Source: Flavobacteriales bacterium (GTDB lineage Bacteria > Bacteroidota > Bacteroidia > Flavobacteriales_F > PHOS-HE28). Taken from it: a DNA stretch of 59,536 bases. The notes beneath the pieces are model-generated. The model did not search any database, had not been told where the DNA came from, and worked only from the letters and a program-made list of their open reading frames with translations. Made by a program: the position numbers and the translations under genes. Positions within the stretch are counted from its first letter, which is position 1. Each line of letters opens with the position of its first letter. Shown here one piece after another: positions 44,801 to 56,800 of this stretch. The stretch is taken from assembly GCA_039933875.1 (NCBI GenBank), contig JBDTNF010000211.1:1-59536 (forward strand), written 5' to 3'.

Positions 44801-47800
44801 CAACGGTGGCTGTGTCGCCGTTGCCGATCAAGTACTGCTGTCCTTCACACCCGCGCCAGTAGTAAGCGCCGGCGCTGCTGTTTCGGTGTGCGCGAACAAC
44901 GTGCAGGTTTCCTTGAACGGCAATGTGATCGGAGCAACAGGAGGTGCTTGGAGCGGCGGAACGGGTTCCTTCAACCCGAATGCGACCACCCTGAACGTGA
45001 CCTACACACCGAGTGCTGCCGAGATCGCCGCAGGTACGGTGACACTGACATTGAGTTCCACTGGCAACGGTAATTGCAACGCGGTATCGAGCAGCAAGGT
45101 GATCACCATCACTCCTGCACCTACCGTCAATGCTGGTCCGAATGGAACGGTATGCGCGAACAACCCCGCGATCACGCTCGCGGGCGCGATCACTGTTGCT
45201 ACGGGTGCGACCTGGAGCGGCGGTGCGGGTACTTACAGTCCGAACACTACGACGCTGAACGCGATGTACACACCGAGCGCTGCAGAGCGCGCAGCGGGTA
45301 CGGTGACGCTCACGCTTACCACGGTGGGCAACGGCAACTGCAATGCGGTCAGCTCGAGCGTGACCTATGCGATCACGCCTGCTCCGACAGCGAATGCAGG
45401 CATCGACCGGACGGTGTGTGCCAACAACGCGGTGGTCACCTTGAACGGTTCGTTCACGGTGGCAACGGGAGGGATCTGGAGCGGTGGCGCAGGATCCTTC
45501 GATCCGAGCACCACGAACATGGGCGCGCAGTACACGCCGACGCCCGGTGAGATCTCCAGCGGTTCCGTTGCGCTGACCTTGACCACCACCGGCAACGGTG
45601 GTTGCCTCGCTGTTGCCGATCAGATGGTGATCGCCTTTACGGCGGCCCCTGTGGTGAACGCGGGTCCCGCTGTATCGCTCTGCGCGAACAATGCGCAAGT
45701 GAGCTTGAGCGGGTCAGTTACCGGCGCTATGGGTGGCATCTGGAGCGGTGGCACGGGCACCTTCAACCCGAGCAACACCGCGCTCATCGCGACCTATACA
45801 CCAACGGCCGCGGAGATCGCGGCGGGCACTTTGAGCCTCACGTTGACGAGCACCGGTAATGGCACCTGCAACCCTGTCTCGAGCAACAGGGTGATCACGT
45901 TCACATCGGCTCCTGTCGTGAGCGCTGGTTCGAATGGCAGCGTGTGTACGAACAACGCAACGATCAGCTTGAACGGATCGGTCACCGGTGCGACCGGTGC
46001 GATCTGGAGCGGCGGTGCGGGCACCTTCACGCCGAACAACACCACGCTGAATACGACCTACACGCCGACCGCCGCTGAACGAACCGCAGGTACGGTCACG
46101 CTGATCTTGACCTCTGCGGGCAACGGCAATTGCACTGCGGTCAGCGCGAGCGTCACCTATTCCATCACCCCTGCTCCGACCACGAACGCAGGCCCGGACC
46201 TATCGCTTTGCAGCAACAATCCAGTGGCCACGTTGAGTGGAACTTTCACCGTTGCGACCGGTGGTATCTGGAGCGGCGGCAACGGTTCCTTCAGCCCGAG
46301 CACCACGAACATGGGAGCGACCTACACGCCGACGGCAGTGGAGATCGCGAACGGGAATGTGACCCTGACCCTGACCACGACCGGCAACGGCACTTGTGTG
46401 GCTGTTACCGATGACATCCAACTGAACTTCATGCCGAGCCCGACCGCGAACGCAGGACCGAACCTGACGCTCTGCCGCAACAATGCGAGCGTTGCGCTGG
46501 GTGGGTCGGTAACGGTGGCCACTGGTGGCATTTGGAGCGGCGGTGCAGGTTCGTACACGCCGAACAACACCACGCTCAACGCGACCTACACACCGACCCC
46601 AGCGGAACTCGCAGCGGGCACGTTGACCTTGACCTTGACCACCACGGGCAACGGTAACTGCAATGCGGTTTCGAGCAGCCGCGTGATCACCTTCACTCCA
46701 GCACCGACCGTTGATGCTGGACCGAACGCGACGGTATGCGCGAACAACGCCGCGATCACCCTGGCGGGGACGTTCGCCATCTCGACCGGTGCCCAGTGGA
46801 CCGGTGGCAGCGGCACGTATAACCCGAACAACACCACGATGAACGCGGTGTACACTCCGAGCGCCGCCGAACGCGCCGCGGGTACGGTAACGCTTACGCT
46901 CACCACGGTGGGCAACGGGAATTGCAACGCGGTCAGTGATCAGGTGACGTTCACGATCACACCCGCACCGACGGCCAATGCGGGTCTCGATCGCACGGTG
47001 TGCGCGAACGATCCGGGAGTGGCATTGAACGGTTCATTCACCATTGCTACTGGAGGGATCTGGAGCGGCGGTGCTGGCACCTTCGACCCGAGCACCACGA
47101 ACATGGGCGCGATCTACACGCCGAGCACTGCGGAGATCACGGCCGGCATCGTGACCCTGACCCTGACGACCACCGGCAACGGAACGTGCAACGCGGTGAA
47201 CGATCAGATCGTGATCAGCATCACCGATGCACCAACGGTGAACGCCGGTGCACCGATCTCCCTCTGCGCGAACAATGCGCTAGTGAGCTTGAACGGCAGC
47301 GTGTTCGGTGCGACAGGCGGTGCATGGTCCGGCGGTTCCGGCACCTTCTCGCCGAACAACACGACGCTCAACGCGACCTATGCGCCGAGCGCGTCCGACC
47401 TCGCGGCGGGCACAGTGACGCTGACCTTGACGAGCACGGGCAATGGCACTTGCAACCCGGTATCGAGCAGCCGTGTGATCACCTTCACGCCTGCACCGAC
47501 CGCCAACGCAGGTGCGGATGCGAGCGTATGTGCGAACAATGCAAACATTCCCCTGGCAGGGGCCTTCACCGGTGCAACGGGTGCGATCTGGAGCGGTGGC
47601 ACGGGCACGTACAATCCGAACAACACCACACCGAACGCGGTGTACACGCCGAGCATCGCGGAACGCACTGCGGGCACGGTGACGCTCACGCTCACCACGG
47701 TGGGCAATGGCAACTGCAACGCTGTGAGCGATGCCGTGACCCTCAGCATCACGCCTTCCCCAACAGTGAATGCGGGTGTCGACCGCACGGTTTGCGCGAA

Positions 47801-50800
47801 CAACGCAGCGGTAACGCTGAATGGTTCCTTCACTGTTACTACCGGCGGTGTTTGGAGCGGCGGCAATGGAACCTTCGACCCGAGCACCACCAACATGGGC
47901 GCGATCTACACGGCAAGCGCTGCGGAGATCGCGAACGGTTCCGTGACCCTCACGCTGACCACCACGGGCAACGGCGGTTGCATCGCGGTGGCTGACCAGA
48001 TGGTGATCAACTTCACCGCTGCTCCTGTGGTGAACGCGGGCGCCCCTGTTTCGCTATGCGCGAACAATGCGCAAGTGGCCCTCAGCGGCAGTGTCTCCGG
48101 TGCGACAGGCGGCGTGTGGAGCGGAGGAACGGGCACCTACAGCCCGAACAACACCACGCTCAACGCGACCTACACGCCGACCGCCGCGGAGATTGCGGGT
48201 GGCACCTTGACGTTGACCCTGACGAGCACCGGCAATGGCACATGCAACCCTGTGCAGAGCAGCCGGGTGATCTCCTTCAGTCCGGCACCTTCGGTTAGTG
48301 CTGGTCCGAACGGAACGGTCTGCGCGAACAACTCGACGATCGCCCTGGCCGGTTCACAGAGCGGCGCTACGGGTGCTGTCTGGAGCGGTGGCACCGGCAC
48401 CTACAACCCGAACAACGCAACGCTGAACGCTGTGTACGCACCGAGCGCGACTGAGCGCACGGCTGGCACGGTGACGCTCACGCTCACCACAGTAGGCAAC
48501 GGCAATTGCAATGCGGTCAGCAGCCAGGTGACGTATTCGATCACACCTGCCCCGACGGCTAACGCAGGACCGAACCAATCGCGTTGCGCGAACAATGCGG
48601 TGGCGACACTTGCTGGCAGCGTGACCGTTGCGACAGGCGGCATCTGGAGCGGTGGCGCCGGAACCTTCGCACCGAGCACGACGAACCTGAACGCGACCTA
48701 CACGCCGACCGCTGCGGAGATCGCGACCGGCTTCGTCACGCTCACGCTGTCCACGGCGGGCAACAACAATTGCGTTGCTGCTTCCGATCAGGTCACGATC
48801 GCTTTCACCCCAGCGCCCGTTGCGAATGCCGGCGCTCCGGTTTCCATCTGCGTGAACGATCCGCAGGTTTCGATGACCGGTTCCGTTTCGGGCGCCACGG
48901 GCGGCGTATGGAGCGGCGGCCTTGGATCTTTCACGCCGAACAACACCGCGCTCAATGCGGTGTACACGCCAACTCCGTCGGAACTCGCTGCGGGCACGCT
49001 GACCCTGACCTTGACCACGACCGGCAATGGCAATTGCAACTCGGTTACCAGCACGCGCACGATCACCTTCACCCCGGCCCCGACAGTGAACGCCGGCGCG
49101 AACGGGACGGTTTGCTCGAATGCGTCCTTGATCACCCTGAACGGATCAGTGATAGGCGCGAGCGGCGCGATCTGGAACGGTGGAGCCGGTGTCTTCGCGC
49201 CGAACAACACCACGCTCAACGCAACCTATCAACCGACCAGCGCTGAACGCAATGCCGGAACGGTTACGTTGACACTGACATCGGCGGGCAATGGCAACTG
49301 CAACGCGGTGAGCTCGAACGTGACTTACACCATCACTCCCGCACCGACGGTCAGCGCAGGCGTGGATCAAGTGCGCTGCGCGAACAATGCGGTGACCACC
49401 CTGAACGGTGGCTTCACGATCGCGACCGGTGGCGTGTGGAGCGGTGGCGCGGGCACCTTCAGCCCGGGCACTACGAACATGAATGCGACCTACACGCCGA
49501 CCGTATCGGAGATCTCGAACGGCTCGGTGACACTGACATTGACGACCACGGGCAACAACAACTGCGTGGCGGTGAGCGACCAGATGGTGATCAGCTTCAC
49601 ACCGAGCCCAACGGTGGATGCTGGCGTCGATGTATCCGTGTGCCGGAACAATGCGAATGTCGCGCTGAACGGCTCGGTAGGTGTCGCTACGGGTGGCATC
49701 TGGAGCGGCGGTGCGGGGTCCTTCACGCCGAACAACACCACGCTCAATGCGACCTACACGCCGACGCCTGCGGAACTCGCGTTGGGTACGCTGACGTTGA
49801 CGCTGACCTCCACCGGTAATGGCAACTGCAACGCCGCATCGGACACCAAGGTGATCACCTTCACGCCTGCCCCAACGGTGAGTGCGGGATCGAACGGAAC
49901 GGTGTGCGCGAACAACGCGAACATCGCACTGGCGGGCGCGATCACCGGTGCTACGGGTGCAGCCTGGAGCGGTGGAACGGGCACTTACGACCCGAACAAC
50001 ACCACACTCAACGCTACCTACACGCCGAGCGCTGCGGAGCGCACAGCGGGGACAGTGACGCTGACTTTGACCACGACGGGCAACGGTAATTGCAACGCCG
50101 TGAGCGCCCAAGTGACGTACAGCATCACACCTGCGCCGACAGCGAACGCCGGTGCCGATCGCGTGCTCTGCGCGAACTATGCTTCGACCGGATTGTCCGG
50201 TGCATTCTCGATCGCCACAGGTGGTATCTGGAGCGGTGGCGCGGGCACCTTCGATCCGAGCACCACGAACATGAGCGCGATCTACACGCCGACGGTGGCT
50301 GAGGTCACGGCTGGTAGTGTGACGCTCACGCTCACGACAACGGGCAACGGCTTGTGCAACGCAGCAACGGATCAAGTGCTGCTGACCTTCACCGATCCTC
50401 CTTCAGCGAACGCTGGTCCGGATGTGACCCGTTGCGCGAACAACGCGGCTGTGGCACTCGGAGGAAGTGTGGTCGTGGCGACCGGTGGAACCTGGACCGG
50501 TGGAACCGGAACGTTCACGCCGAATGCGAACACACTGAACGCGACCTACAACCCAGGCGCTGGCGACCTCGCTGCTGGCCAGGTGACCTTGATGCTGACG
50601 ACTACGGGCAACGGTAACTGCACCCCGGCGACCGACACGAAGATCATCACCTACACACCTGCGCCGATCGTGAACGCTGGTGCGAATGGAAGTGTGTGTG
50701 CCAATGCTGCGACCATCGTCCTGAACGGTACCGTTACCGGTGCTGCAGGTGGCGTGTGGAGCGGTGGTGCGGGATCCTTCAGCCCGAACAACATCACGCT

Positions 50801-53800
50801 GAACGCGACCTACACACCGACCGCAGCGGAGCGCGCAGCAGGTACGGTAACGCTGACCTTGACCTCTGCGGGCAACGGCCAGTGCAATCCGGTATCGAAT
50901 ACCGTGACGTACTCGATCACGCCTGCGCCGACGGTGAACGCCGGTGTGGACCAGTCGGTATGCGGCAACAACGCCACGGCAACAGTGAACGCGGTGATCA
51001 CGGTTGCAACAGGTGTGCAGTGGTCGGGCGGCTCCGGTGTATACAGCCCCGGCAGCACAGCGCAGAACATCACGTACTCGCCTTCGCCGATCGAAGTGGT
51101 GAGCGGATCGGTGACCTTGATCGCAACAACCACGGGCAACGGTACCTGCGCGGCGGTAAGCGATGCCATGGTGATCACCTACACGCAGGCGCCTATGGCG
51201 AATGCGGGTCCCGATCAGACCGTGAGCAGCAATAACGCGAACACGACGCTCGCAGGTAGCTTCTCGATCGCCACCGGTGCGACCTGGAGCGGAGGAGCGG
51301 GAACGTACAATCCGAATAATACCACAATGAACGCGGTGTACACGCCGACCCCTGCGGAGGTCGCGGCGGGCAGTGTGACACTGACCCTGATCACGACTGG
51401 TAACGCGAGCTGTTCGCCTGCTACGGATGAAATCACGATCTTCTTCGGCGCAGCTCCCACCGCGAATGCTGGACCGGATCAAACCGTCTGCGCGAACAAC
51501 CCTGCTGTTCAGTTGAGCGGCGCGATCACCATCGCCACCGGCGGCATTTGGAGCGGCGGTACGGGCACTTACAACCCGAACAACAGCACGCTCAATGCGA
51601 TCTACACGCCGAGCGCTGCGGAACGCGCAGCAGGCATAGTGACCTTGACGCTCACCTCAGTGGGCAACGGCAACAGCAATCCGGTGAACGACCAGACCGT
51701 CATCACCATCACGCCAGCGCCGATCGCGAACGCAGGCGCTGATCGCACCGTGTGCGCGAACCAGCCAGCAGCGCAGCTCTCCGGCGTGGTGAACAACGCG
51801 ACCGGTGGTGTGTGGAGCGGCGGTTCAGGCACTTTCAATCCGAGCAACACGAACCCGAACGCGACCTACACGCCGACGTTGGGCGAGATCGCCGCAGGCA
51901 TGGTGACGCTCACCTTGAGCAGCACCGGCAATGGCTTGTGCAATGGAGTGGCGGACCAGATGGTCATCTTCATTGTCCCTGCTCCGGTGGTGAACGCGGG
52001 TATTGACCGGACGGTCTGCTCCAACAACGCCAGCGTGCAGATGGCCGGATCTGTGAGCAACGCGGGCGGCGGCATCTGGAGCGGCGGCACGGGCACCTTC
52101 TCGCCGAGCATCAATGCGCTGAATGCGGTGTACACGCCCAGCACGTCGGAGCTCGCGAACGGTTCTCTGACCTTGACCCTGAGCAGCACCGGCAACGGCA
52201 CTTGCCTCTCGGTGAGCGACCAAATGACGATCTTCTTCTCGCAGAGCCCTGCGGTGAACGCCGGCATAGACCGCACGGTGTGCGCGAACGACCCCACGGT
52301 GATCCTCAACGGCTCCGTGACCATTGCCAGCGGTGGTGTGTGGAGTGGTGGCGGCGGAACCTTCACCCCGAACGCGAACACCCTGAATGCGACCTACTAC
52401 CCGAGCCCGGCTGAGGTGGCACTGGGTACCGCAACGCTGACCTTGACTTCCATGGGCAATGGCTTGTGCAACGCCGTGAGCGACCAGATGGTGATCACCA
52501 TCATCGCCTCGCCGAGCGCGAATGCGGGTGCTGACATAGCGATCTGCTCGAACAACGCACAGGTACAACTCGGTGGATCGGTGAGCGGCGCCGGTGGCGG
52601 CCAGTGGAGTGGTGGTGCAGGCATTTTCACGCCGAGCATCGCCTCGCTGAACGCGACCTACACACCGACCCCAGCTGAGGTCGCCGCAGGCAATCTGATG
52701 CTGACATTGACGACGATCGGCAACGGCAACTGCGTGCCGGTCTCGGATCAAGTACACATCACCTTCACTGCTTCGCCCACCGCGAATGCCGGTGCGAATG
52801 GTGTGCGCTGCGCGAACAACGCGGGCATCCAACTGAACGGAAGCGTCACCATCGCGAACGGAGGAAGCTGGTCCGGAGCAGGAGGAACCTTCACGCCGAA
52901 CGCGAATGCGCTGAACGCGGTGTACACGCCTTCCGCTGGCGAACTCGCTGCAGGGCAGGTGACGTTGACCCTGACCACCAGCGGCAACAACGGGTGCCTA
53001 GCGGTGAGCGATGACGTGAGCTTCACGTTCACACCTGCCCCAACTGCGAACGCGGGTGTTGATCCCTTCACCTGTGCGAACAACGCAACGGTGACGCTGA
53101 ATGGTGCGATCACCGTAGCTACCGGAGCTCTCTGGAGTGGCGGCAACGGCACCTATGCGCCGAGCAATAGCGCGCTCAACCCGATCTACACGCCTAGTGC
53201 ATCGGAGATCGCCGCAGGCACGGTGACACTCACGTTGACCACGGCGGGCAACGGCACGTGCAACCCGGTCAATGATGAGGTTGTGATCAGCATCACCCCA
53301 TCGCCGATCGTGAATGCCGGTACGCCGCTGACCTCTTGCGCGAACAACCCTGCCGCGCAGTTGGCCGGTTCCGTTCAGAACGCGACCGGTGGCATCTGGA
53401 GCGGTGCTGGAACCTTCTCGCCGAGCGCCACCAACCTGAGTGCGACCTATACGCCGAGCAATGCGGAAGTGGCTGCCGGCACAGCGATCATCACCCTCAC
53501 CAGCACGGGCAACGGCTTGTGCAACGCGGTATCGTCGCAAGTGGCGTTGACCATCACGGCAGCTCCGATCGTGGAAACTGGTTCGCCACAAACGTTGTGC
53601 GCGAATAATGCAGTAGCGCAATTGGCAGGTCAAGTGATCAACGCCTCCGGTGGTACATGGAGCGGTGTTGCCGGTGCCTTCAGCCCGAACTCAAGTGCGC
53701 TGAACGCGACGTACACACCGAGCGCAACGGAGATCGCGAGCGGCCAGGTCTGGCTCTTCCTCACCTCAACCGGCAACGGCGGCTGTCTTGCTTCCCGCGA

Positions 53801-56800
53801 CTCCGTGCAGTTGCAGTTCACTCCGGCGCCGACGGTGAACGCTGGTCCTGATGCCCATGTCTGTGCGAATGCTGCGCAGGTGAGCTTGAACGGTGCCATC
53901 ACCGTGGCGAACGGCGGCATCTGGACCGGTGGGAATGGCTCCTACACGCCAGACAATTCAGCGCTCAACGCGACCTACCTCCCGACGGCTGCGGAGATCG
54001 CCTCTGGCCAATTCACCCTGGTGCTGAGCAGTACGGGCAATGGCAACTGCGCCATCGTTCGCGACAGCTTGGTGGTCCTGGTGGATCCCGTTCCCGTGGT
54101 GAATGCAGGCCCTGACCAACAGATCTGCGCGAACAATTCGAACGTGCAGATGAACGGCTTCGTCGGCAATGCGCCGGGTGGAGCTTGGAGCGGTGGTGCG
54201 GGAACCTTCTTCCCAAGCAACACCATGCTCGCCACGCAGTATGCCCCGACGGCTACTGAGATCGCTTCCGGTTCGCTCACGTTGACGCTGACTTCCACGG
54301 GGACCGCATTCTGCAACGCTGTCACCGATCAGATGACGATCGTGTTCACCGGTTCGCCGATCGTGAGCGCTGGCAGTGATCTGCAGATCTGTGCGAACAA
54401 CAGCGCCGTGCAACTCACAGGTAACGTCACCAACGCAAGTGGTGGCACCTGGACCGGTGGCAGCGGATCCTTCGCGCCGAACTCCAACGTGCTGAGCCCG
54501 GTGTACACGCCGAGCGCTGGTGAACTCGCCGCAGGCCCATTGTCCCTCTACTTGACAAGCACGGGTAACGGCAACTGCATCTCTGTGCGCGATACGGTGA
54601 TCGTGACCTTCACACCTGCGCCAACGGTGAATGCAGGCGCGGACCTGGATGTGTGCACGAACAACCCAGTAGTGACCCTCAACGGTTCCATCACAGTAGC
54701 AACGGGCGCACAATGGAGTGGCGGCCTCGGCACCTACACCCCGAACGCGCAGGCGCTGAACGCGCAGTACGTGCCATCCGCTTTCGAACTGGGATCGGGT
54801 AGTGTGCAGCTCACGCTGACCACAATTGGCAACAGCAACTGTGTCGCTGTGACCGACCAAATAACCATCACCGTAACGCCATCACCGGTGGTGAACGCGG
54901 GGGCGGATGTGATCACCTGCTCGAACCAATTGCAAGTGCCGCTGAACGGCACGGTACAAGGCGGTGCCACCACGGGTCTGTGGAGCACTTCCGGAACCGG
55001 TACGTTCAGCCCGAGCACATCCACATTGAACGCGACGTACATCGCGAGCAGCCTCGATTCGCTGAACGGAACGGTGGATCTGACGCTCACGTCCAGCAAC
55101 AACGGCCTTTGCACTGCAGTGAGCGATGTTATGACGGTGACCATCCTGCCGAACGCGATAGCGAACGCAGGTGTGGATCAAGTTGTCTGCTCCACAACAA
55201 GCACGATCCAATTGAACGGCACCATCACCGGCAATGCGACCCAAGGCCAGTGGACAACCACAGGTGCGGGCGGTTTCTCGCCGAGTGCAAGTGCCGCGAA
55301 CGCGGTGTACCAGATCGCAACAGGCGACCCTGCGATGGGCACCCTCACCTTCACTTGGAGCGTGAACAGTTGTGACAATGCCATGGACCAAATGGTGCTG
55401 ACGATCACGCCTGCATCGGTGGCCAATGCCGGTGCGGATCAAGTGACCTGCTATAACAACCTGAACATCGTGATCAACGGATCGGTGAGCGGCGCGTCGA
55501 ACAGCGGCACGTGGAGCACCTTGGGTAGCGGCAGCTTCGCCAACCCGAACACGGCGCTGAGCAACGTGTATCAAGCGAACGCGAACGATCAGCTCGCTGG
55601 TGGCGCCTACCTGGTACTCACTGCAACAACAACGGGCGTCTGCCAAGCCGCGATCGACACGATGTTCATCGCGATCCAGCCTGCGGGTACGGTGAACGCA
55701 GGTATTGATGTGGTCGCTTGCGCGAACAACGCGGTGACGCAACTCAACGGGACGCTGAGCGGCGACGCTACCCAGGTACAGTGGAGCACCTCCGGCACGG
55801 GCTCCTTCTTCCCGAACGCCAACGTGCTTACGCCGACCTACGTGCCGAGCGCGATCGACACGACGATCGGCACCCTCACGTTGACACTGAGCGCACCGGG
55901 CACCTGCAACAACGCGACCGATGAGATCCAGTTGACACTGACCCCGGCGCCGTATGTGAACGCGGGCCCGGATCAGACCTACTGCGATCAAGTGACGCAG
56001 TTCAACCTGAACGGAACGATCACGGGCATCACGAGCGCGGGCCAGTGGACCACGACCGGTACCGGCACGATCGCGAATGCGGGTTCCTTGAGCACGACCT
56101 ACACGGCGAGCGCGGCGGACGTCGCCAATGGTTCCATCACCTTCACGCTCACCTCCGTGAACAACGCGAACTGCAATGCGGTGACCGATGCGATGACGAT
56201 CTACCTCATCGACGGCCTCATCGTGAGTGCCGGACCGGACCAGAATGTGTGTGTGGCTTCCGATCATGCCAACATGCAGGCGACGGTGCAGAACGGATCG
56301 CCATCGGGTATCTGGACCACTACGGGTACCGGCAACTTCCAGCCGAACGCTGATGTCCTGAACGCGCAGTACTTCTTCTCGGCGAACGATGTCACCAGCG
56401 GCTCGGTGGTGCTCACGTTCACGGCCACGAACACGGGTACTTGTCCGGTGATGCAGGATCAGATGGTGCTCACCTTCGGCAGCAGCACCTTCGCTTATGC
56501 GGGTGCCGATCAGGCGCTCTGCGCGAACTCGCCAATCGCCCAACTCGCCGGCAACTTCAGCGGTGGTGCGCAAGGCATCCAATGGAGCACAAGTGGCTCG
56601 GGCTTCTTCAGCAACACCACGGACCCGAATGCGACCTACACGCTGAGCGCTTCGGATATCGCTGCTGGTCAAGTGCAGCTAACGCTTACGACGATCACGA
56701 GCGGTTCCTGCTTGCCCGCATCGGATGTAGTGGCGATCGCGGTGAACGCACTGCCGAACATCACGGCAGGCGGAGACATCACCGCTTGCACAGCTGCTGC

